NCBI RefSeq assembly: GCF_009914755.1 | Contig: NC_060928.1 | Length of the DNA stretch: 64,000 nt | Source: the human T2T-CHM13v2.0 reference genome, Homo sapiens | Strand: one strand, 5' to 3' | Shown: piece by piece, positions 55,930 through 64,000 of the stretch | How positions within the stretch are numbered: position 1 is the first letter of the stretch | Layout of the letters: each line of letters begins with the position of its first letter | The notes under the pieces: model-generated | Databases searched by the model: none | The model's input: only the letters and a program-made list of their open reading frames with translations | What the model was told of the DNA's origin: nothing | Translations under genes and position numbers: made by a program

Positions 55930-57050
55930 CACCTTGTGTTGAACCTTAATTCATGCCAATCTGGGTTCGGCCCCTAACTTCTGTCAAAATGTTTGCACTA
56001 GAATAACCAAGGTCCCTACATTACTTAATCCCAATCACCTTTTTCCTCTCCTGTCTCAATTAACTCCTAAAGAGCATATAACATTGTTGACCATTTTCTT
56101 TCTGCTTCAAACACTTTGTTTTGCTGCTACAAAACCATTTTCTTCCAACATTTTTGCTACTCTCATTCTCCAACGTTGGCTGAATCTTCTTAAGTTGTTC
56201 AGTAAACTTTGGTGTTCCCAGGAATTAGAAGTAGCCCACTGTTTTCTGCTCTATAATCTACAACCTTATTTATTTTAGTTAGCTTCCTTATATTCCAAAT
56301 TATTCCAAAATACTTTTTCATGGCCTAGCACTCTCCCCTGAATTCTAGTCTCATTTATTCAATATGTCATATGGTATCACCACTCAGATACATAAAGATA
56401 TCTTAAACTTATTAATCATTTAATTTATCCCCTTCATTCTCTACAATGTAGCCAATAGGGAATTTTAAAAATGCAAATCTCATTTGCTACCCACTTTTGA
56501 AAATACATCAATGGCTTCCCAATGATTAGCTCAGATTAAAATGTAAGTATTTAGCATGATCTAAAACATAATCTTGCCATTGCCTGCAGTAACTCATTTT
56601 CTATGCCCTGCCCTTTATTCTTTGGATTCTGGCTGTACAATACTGTCCTTATTTTAATTACTAGATGTTGCTTTCTCTCAAACAAGGCCTTTAATATGCT
56701 TTTCTTACCAGCTGGAACTGATCCCAAGTACTCCCTGCATTTTATGTTTGTAAACTCTCTTCCTCAGATCTCAGTTCACATAAATTTGGATCTCAGTTCC
56801 AAAATTTTCATTATGGAAGACTTTTCTGATTTCCTGTTATCTGATCTAGAAGTAACCTGTTTCTTTTTCTCTTGGCACTTTTAACATGTTTTGAGTGTAA
56901 ATTGATATGATTATAATTTCTGATCATATTTGATTAGTGGCTGTATTTTGCCACTAAACTATAAAACCAATAAGGCCACAATGATGGTTGTGTTGTCCAT
57001 TTCTCTTTCCTCATTGCTCTCAATGGTGCCTGACAGAAGGCAACTGAATT
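55930..57050 (+). mobile_element. L2 long fragment
   Basis: aacattgttgaccattttctttctgcttcaaacact, ctctcccctgaattctagtctc, aatggcttccca, aatggtgcctgacagaag. Confidence 0.7.
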
Positions 57051-57117
57051 TAAAAAAATGGGTATTGTGTGAGCTATATCAAAGTTAACCCTTTTAAAAA
57101 CGGATTTAAGACACTTA

Positions 57118-57330
57118 ATAGTATAATCTAAATAGCACAGGCTTGGAGCCAGAAAGTCATAGGATCAAATTTAGTCTCCACCACATCTTTGATGTGTGAT
57201 TTTAAACAATTTATTCCACTCTCTGATGGTAACTTTTCTCTCTTTATTATGGGTGTAATATTAGCTCTCCTCTGAAGTGTTTATGTATATTAAGTTCAAT
57301 GATGAATATATAACTCCCAGTAGAGAGCCT
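57118..57330 (+). mobile_element. MIR
   Basis: tagcacaggcttggagccagaa...ctccaccacatcttt...tgtgtgatttt. Confidence 0.65.
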
Positions 57331-57548
57331 CCAGAACCTCAAGATCAGTTTTAACATTCAGTAATATATTTTAAAAGGAAGTTGCAAGCAATCATTTAGT
57401 TATTTAATAAATTTCAGGAAAGAGTAAAATAAAAAATTGGTTGTGCTTTGATATAGCATACTTTCAAAGACAATATTTAGCTTAACAAGTTGAATTCAGT
57501 AAGCCCAGTTTAGAAAATGATCAGCTCATATTGCACCAGCATGCTTGT

Positions 57549-59622
57549 TCATATGGTTTGAATCTATGTTCAAATATAAAAAAAAATTGATATGGTTTGG
57601 ATCTGTGTCCAATACAGAATATTGGTACTGAGAAGTGTGGCATTGCTATAAAGATACCCGAAAATGTAGAAGCAACTTTGGAACTGGGTAACAGGCAGAG
57701 GTTGGAACAGTTTGGAGGGCTCAGAAGAAGACAGGAAGATGAGAGAAGTTTTGGAACTTCCTAGATACATGTTAAATTGCTGTGACTGAAAAGCTGATAG
57801 TAATATGGACAGTGAAGGTCAGAGTGAGGAGGTTTCATATAGAGATGAGAAACTTATTAAGAACTGGAGAAAATGTCACCTTTTTTATGTATTAGCAAAG
57901 AAATTGAAGGCATTATGCCCTTGCCCTCAAGATATTGAAACTTCGAACATGAGAAAGATGATTTAGGATATCTGGTAGAAGAAATTTCTAAGAAGCAAAG
58001 TGTTCAAGATGTAGCCTGGCTGCTTCTAACAAGATATGCTCATTTAAATGAGCAAAGACTTGACCTGAAACTGGAATTTAATTTAAAGGGAAAGCAGAAC
58101 ATAAATGTTTGAAAAATGTGTAGCCTGGCCAGGTGGAAGAAAAGAAAAATCCATTTGCAGGGGAGTAATTCAGGCAGGCTGCAGAAATTTGCATAACTAA
58201 AAGGAAGGCAATTTCTAACAGTGCAGACAATGGGGAAATGGCCTTGAAGGCATTTCAGAGACCTTTGTGGCAGCCCCTCCCATCACAGGCCTGGAGGCCT
58301 AGGAGAGAAGAATGGTTTCATAGTCCAGGCCCAGTGCTCTGCTGCCCTGCTCAGCCTCACGACACTGTTCCCTGCATCCCAGCCACTTCAGCTCCAGCAT
58401 GGCTAAAAGGGCCCCAGATACAACTCAGACCATTGCTTCAAAGAGTGCAAACCATGAGCCTTGGCAGTTTCCATGTGGTGGTCAGCCTGAAGGTACACAG
58501 GGTACAAGATTTGAGGTTTTAGAGCCTCTGCCTAAATTTCAGAGGATGTATGGAAATGCTTGGATGTCCAGGCAGAAGCCTGCCTGGGGAGGAATCATCA
58601 TGGAGAAACTTTACTAGGGCAGTGCAGAGGGGAAATGTAGGGTTGGAGCCCCCACACAGAGTCTCCACTGGGGCACTGCCTAGTGGAGCTGTGAGAAGAG
58701 GCCACCATCCTCCAGACCCCAGAAAGTTAAATCCCCTAACAGCCTGCAGGGTGCACCTGGGAAATCTGCAGGCACTCAATGCAAGTCTGTGAAAGCAGCC
58801 ATGATGGCTGAACCCTGCAAAGCCTCAGAGATGGAGTTGCCCAAGTCCTTAGGAGCCCACCACTTGCATCAGTGTGCCCTAGATGTAAGAAAAGGAGTAA
58901 AAAGAGATTATTTTGGAGCTTTAAGATTTAATGACTGCCCTGCTGGGTTTCAGGCTTGTGTGGGGCCTGCAGCCCCTTTCTTTTGACCAATTTCTTTCTT
59001 TTGAAACAGAAGTATTTATTCAATGCCTGTACCTTCATTGTGTCTTGAAAGTAACTAACTCATTTTGAACTTTACTAGCTCATAGACAAAATGGACTTTC
59101 CTGGTCTCAGTTGAGACTTTAGGCTTTTGACTTAATGCTGGAATACATTAAGACTTTGAGGGATTGTTGTGAGAAGAACATGAGATTTGGGAGGGGTCAT
59201 GGGTGGAATAATATGGTTTGGATCTGTGACCTCACTCAAATCTCATGTCCAGTTGTAAACCCCAAAGTTGGAGGTGGGGCCTGATGGGAACTGATTGAAT
59301 CATGGGAGCAGTTTCTCATAGTTTAACACCATTCCCCTTGGTGTTATCCTCACAATAGTGAGATCTCATGACATCTGGTTGTTTAGAAGTGTGTGGCACC
59401 TCCCCGCTCTCTCTAGTACTCCTGCTCCAGCCATGTGAAGTGTTCAGTTCCCCATTGCCTTCTGCCATGATTATAAGTTTCTGGAGACCTCCCCAAAAGC
59501 CATGCAGATGCCAGTATCATGCTTTCTGTACAGCCTGCAGAGCCATCAGCCAACTATACCTCTTTTCTACATAAATTACCCAGTTGCAGGTATTTATAGC
59601 AATGCAAAAACGGACTAATACA
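57549..59622 (+). mobile_element. MSTA-type MaLR element: collapsed 5' LTR, internal region (~57617-59208), intact 3' LTR (59209-59622)
   Basis: Internal motifs gcaactttggaactgggtaacaggcagagg and ggagcccccacacagagtctccactgg; PPT before 59209; perfect TSD cttgt at 57544-57548 and 59623-59627. Confidence 0.93.
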
Positions 59623-60498
59623 CTTGTTTAACATTTATTTTATTATTTTAAGCTCTACTTACTACCGCTTTCATTCTCCAGGCTTTTTTTTTCAATAATA
59701 CTTAGATCAAAAGTGTATTTTTTCCCATACTGGTTAGAGTTATATAACTATTTAAATCTATTATATCACATTATTTACAACCTAAATAATTTCATTACCT
59801 CCCAGTATTGTTGGCATACTTTTGATGGTTTATTAGCAATATCATGAAATAATATGATTAAAGTCATAAATATGTGAATTAGTCCTATTTTTGTTAATTG
59901 TGCAATTACTAAATAATTCATAAAGGCACGCATATTTTCAGCCATTATTCATGGTGTTTTCATGGATACAATGTGTGAAACCAAATGTGTCATTTTTTTC
60001 TTCTTTATGGAAAAATAATAGGTCTATCATTTTCTTGACATTGGCATGAGTGAAAGTTGTGTGAAACTTTTTGCCAAAGAAGACCAAAAATGTAATATAA
60101 AAATAGCACAAAAAACAGAAATAAATGGTTTAATATAAATAACATTTCCAGATTAGATGGACAATACTAAAATTTAAGAACATAATGATAAAAATAATGT
60201 TTTAAAATAGCTCTAGTTTTTCAGCAACAAAAGTTTCATTTTGTAGGCCAACAAAGTATCCCAATAAACATATAGTTACAAAAAGGTTAGTTAATGCAAT
60301 CGTGTTAGGTACCTTTCATGCTTCTGATTCAAGTATATATAAAAAAACAAGTTAATAATTATATATCTAAGGAAATTTTAACGTCATTATGCTAACATGT
60401 AAATACTAAATGAATTTTTTATTGAAATCAACATGACCTACAATGCAGTAAATCAGAAGCATGGCAAATTAAAATGTCCACACCTCCACAAAAGAGGT

Positions 60499-62907
60499 TG
60501 TATTAGTCTGTTCTCACATTCCTATAAATAACTACTTGAGACTGAGTAATTTATAAAGAAAACAGGTTTAATTGACTCACAGTTCTGCAGGTTGTACAAG
60601 AAGCATGGCTGGGAAGGCCTCAGGAAAGTTACAATCATGGTAGAAGGCAAAGGGGAAGCAGGAACATCTTACATGGCTGGAGAAGAAGAAGGAGAAAGAG
60701 AGAGATAAGGAGGAAGTTCTACATACTTTAAAACAACCAGATCTCATGAGAACTCACTCAGTATTAGGAGAACAGCAAGGGGGAAGTCTGTCCCCATGAT
60801 TTAATCACCTCCAACCAGGCCCCTCCTCCAATACTGAAGATTACAATTCAACATGAAATTTGGGTGGGGACACAGAGCCAAACCATATTATTCTGTCCCT
60901 GGCCTCTCTCAAATCTCATGTTCTTCTCATATTTCAAAACACAATCATGCCTACCCAACAGTCCGCCAAAGTCTTAACTCATTCAAGCATTAACTGAAAA
61001 TACCAGGTCCAAAGTCTTATCTGAGACAAGGCAAGTACCTTCCACCTATGAACTTGTAAAATTAAAAAAAAAAACAAGTTAATTACTTCCAAGATACAAT
61101 GGAAGTACAGGCATTGGGTAAATGCTCCCATTACAAATGGGAGAAATTGGCCAAAAGAAAGGGGCTACAGGTCCCATCCAAGTCTGAAACCCAGCAGGGC
61201 AGTCATTAAATCTCAAAGCTCCAAAATAATATATTTTGACTCCATGTCTCATATCCAGGCCACACTAATGCAAGTGGTGGGCTCCCAAAGACTTGGGCAG
61301 CTCCACTCCTGAGGATCTGCAGGGTACAGCCCCTCAGCTGCTTTCACAAACTGATGTTGAGTGCCTGCAGCTTTTCCAGGTGCATGGTGCAAGCTGTCTG
61401 TGGATCTACCATCCGGGGGGCTGAAAGACAGTGGCCCTCTTCTGGCAATTCTATTAGGCATTGCCCCAGTGGAGATTCTGTGTGGGGGCTCCAACCCCAC
61501 ATTTCCTCTCTACACTGTCCTAGTAGAGGTTCTCCATGAAGGCTCTGCCTCTACAGCAGATTTCTGCCTGGACATCCAGGCATTTCCATACATCCTCTGA
61601 AATCTAGGCAGAGGCTTCCAAGCTCTCTCAACTCTCCCTTGGCACACTTGCAGGCTTAACAACATGTGGAAGCTGCCAAGGCTATGGCTTGCACCCTCTG
61701 GAGCTCAACCTGAGGTATATCTTGGGCCATTTTAGCCAAGGCTAGAGCTGGAGAATCCGGAATGCAGAGAGCAGCGTTCCATAGTTATGCAGGGCAGTGA
61801 GGTCCTGGGCCTGGCCCACAAAACCATTCTTCCCTCCTAGGCCTCCAAGCCTGTGATGGGAGGGGCTGCTGTGAAGGTCTTTCAAATGCCTTCTAGGGCT
61901 TTTACACATTGTCTTGGCTATTAACATTTGGCTCCTATCTACTTATGCAAATGTTTGCAACTGGCTTAGATTTCTCCCCAGAAAATGGATTTTTCTTTTC
62001 TCCTACCTGGCCAGGCTGCAAATGTTTCAACTTTTATGCTCTGCTTCCCTTTTAAATATAAGTTCCAGTTTCAGATCATCTCTTTGCTCACTCATATAAG
62101 TGTATGTGGTTCAAAGCAGCCAGGCTACATATTGAATGCTTTGCTGCTTAGGAATTTCTTCTACCAGATACTCTAAATCATCTCTCTCAAGTCCAAAGTT
62201 CCACAGATACCAAGAGCAGGGGCACAATGCCTCCAGTCTCTTTGATAAAGCATAACAGGAGTTATCTTTGCTCCAGTTCCCAATAAGTCCCTCATATCCA
62301 TCTGAGACCCCCTCAGCCTAGACTTAATTGTCCCTATCACTATCAGCATTTTGGTCACAACCATTCAACAAGACTCTATGAAGTTCCAAACTTTCCCTCA
62401 CTTTCTTATCTTCTTCTGAGTCCTCCAAACTCTTCCAGTCTCTGACCATTACCCAGTTACAAAGCTGCTTCCACATTTGCAGGTATCTCTATAGCAATGC
62501 CCCACTTCTCGGTACTAATTCTCTGTATTAGTCCGTTCTTACATTGCTATAAAGAACTACCTGAGGCTGGATAATTTATAAAGAAAATAGGTTTAATTGA
62601 CTCACAGTCCCACAGTCTGTACAGGAAGCATGGCAGTGGTGGCCTCAGGAAACTTATAATGATGGTGGAAGGCAAAGGGGAAGCAGGCACATCTTACATG
62701 GCAAGAGAAGAAGAAAGAGAGAGATAAGAAGGAAGTGCTATACACTTTTAAACAACCAGATCTCCTGAGAATTCACTCAGTATCGGAGAACAGCAAGGGG
62801 GAAGTCTGCCCCCATGATTCAATCACCTCCCAGCAGGCCCCTCCTCCAACACTGTGGATTAAAATTTGACCTGAAATTTTGGACAAACACAGAGCCAAAC
62901 CATATCA
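60499..62907 (-). mobile_element. Full-length MSTA/THE1D-type MaLR element (LTRs 60499-60890 and 62524-62907)
   Basis: Two homologous LTRs flank ~1.63 kb of internal sequence; perfect TSD gaggt at 60494-60498 and 62908-62912. Confidence 0.95.
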
Positions 62908-63376
62908 GAGGTGGTTTAATTCCTTTCCCTTTGACTCTGGACTGGACCCACAACTTTCTTGGACCACTGGAACACAACAGAAGTGACATTATACAACTTA
63001 TTAGGTTGAGCCATTAGAGATCTGCCATTTTTGCTTTAACTTGATTAGAAAGTTCCTTCTTGGAACTCACTCATCATGCAAAGAGAATGTAGGAAAGTTA
63101 TATGGAGGACATCCAAAGTGCTCCTATTGACTGCCCCAGCTAAGCGTTCAGTCAACAGCTGGTGCCAACTACCAGCCATGTTATGTGAGCCATCTTATGT
63201 GTTCCCGTCTTTGAAACTCCTACTGACTATAGCCCCAGGAAGCAATAGGTGAAGCAGAAGACCCACTCAATTCAGTCCAGTCAACTCCCCCAAAAATAAG
63301 ATATAGTAAACGTGATTGTTCTTTAGAACCACTAAATTGTAAAATGGGTTGCTATACAAAAGCAGAAACTGAAACA
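62908..63376 (+). mobile_element. MLT1G/H-like LTR (its first ~40 bp probably lie at ~60460-60498, split off by the MST/THE1 insertion)
   Basis: cctttgactctggactgg, cagaagtgacatt, ccaactaccagccatg...tgagccatctt, gttgctatacaaaagcagaaactgaaaca. Confidence 0.72.
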
Positions 63377-63404
63377 GAAGACAAAGGTTCAACTCTGATT
63401 TTAA

Positions 63405-63640
63405 ATGAATAATGACTTCGGAGTCAGACAGCTTTTGATCCCTGAACTGGCAGGTGTTGTATGACCTTGGCCAATTCACAATTCATTCCATTTGTCTGAG
63501 TCTCAGTTTCAATAGAAATCACTTCATAAGATTGTTGTGAGAAGTGAAAAGAAGAGTTCCTGCAAAGTACTTACACGGTGACTGGAACTTAATAAAAGTT
63601 CTGTAAATGTTGGCTGTTGCCGTGTTGTTGCTGTTGATAT
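63405..63640 (+). mobile_element. MIR
   Basis: ggagtcagacag, tgtatgaccttggcca, tctgagtctcagtttc, gtaaatgttggctgttg. Confidence 0.7.
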
Positions 63641-64000
63641 TGATGGTAACTTTGTCTGTAGAAAATATTATATATGAAGTTTCACTCTGCTGAGGACTTC
63701 TGGTGTTAAGCAGGGGATGGAGAAATGAAAAAGCATAGGATCAGAAGGGCTTATGTCCAGAAACATATTTCAAAGGATATCTTTTAAATAAAAGCAATAT
63801 TTTTGCATGTAAAGGCAATTTAGAAATTGAGTCTATAAAGCTATGACTTATTTTTCATAAATTGAATTTTTAGAAAAAGTATATTATACCATGCCTCCTT
63901 TTCCAGAAATATTCAAATACATGCATTTATTATGATGTTGTTATGAAGTCTGAATACCTATAGGTAGTTGACTATCTACAGTTTGCAATAATAATAGAAT

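Noticed and set aside
58238-62364. Similar ORFs on both strands (GLEPPHR...) as a paralogous gene pair
   Set aside because: Broken internal ORF remnants of the two MaLR elements

Overview
This is AT-rich, CpG-depleted primate DNA, most likely human, and is intergenic or deep intronic. Well over half of it is decayed transposable elements: several L1s (two near full length), six Alus plus one Alu tail, many MaLR/ERV LTRs, two MST/THE1-type elements with internal sequence, and L2 and MIR fragments. I find no credible cellular protein-coding gene, RNA gene or CRISPR array. The ORF track is explained by broken L1 ORF1/ORF2 fragments, Alu/LTR read-through and chance ORFs. I cannot support a new biological system here. 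The most notable signals are structural: (i) repeated fold-back and locally templated insertion scars (24.0-24.4 kb, 32.3 kb, 34.75 kb, 48.95 kb, 51.1-52.1 kb, 57.55 kb); (ii) an L1 whose 5' truncation point matches its antisense L1 target site; (iii) probable Alu- and L1-associated deletions; (iv) a ~2 kb inverted pair of MST/THE1 elements that could form long dsRNA. Subfamily names come from recalled consensus sequences and need RepeatMasker/Dfam confirmation. Boundaries of old elements are approximate.
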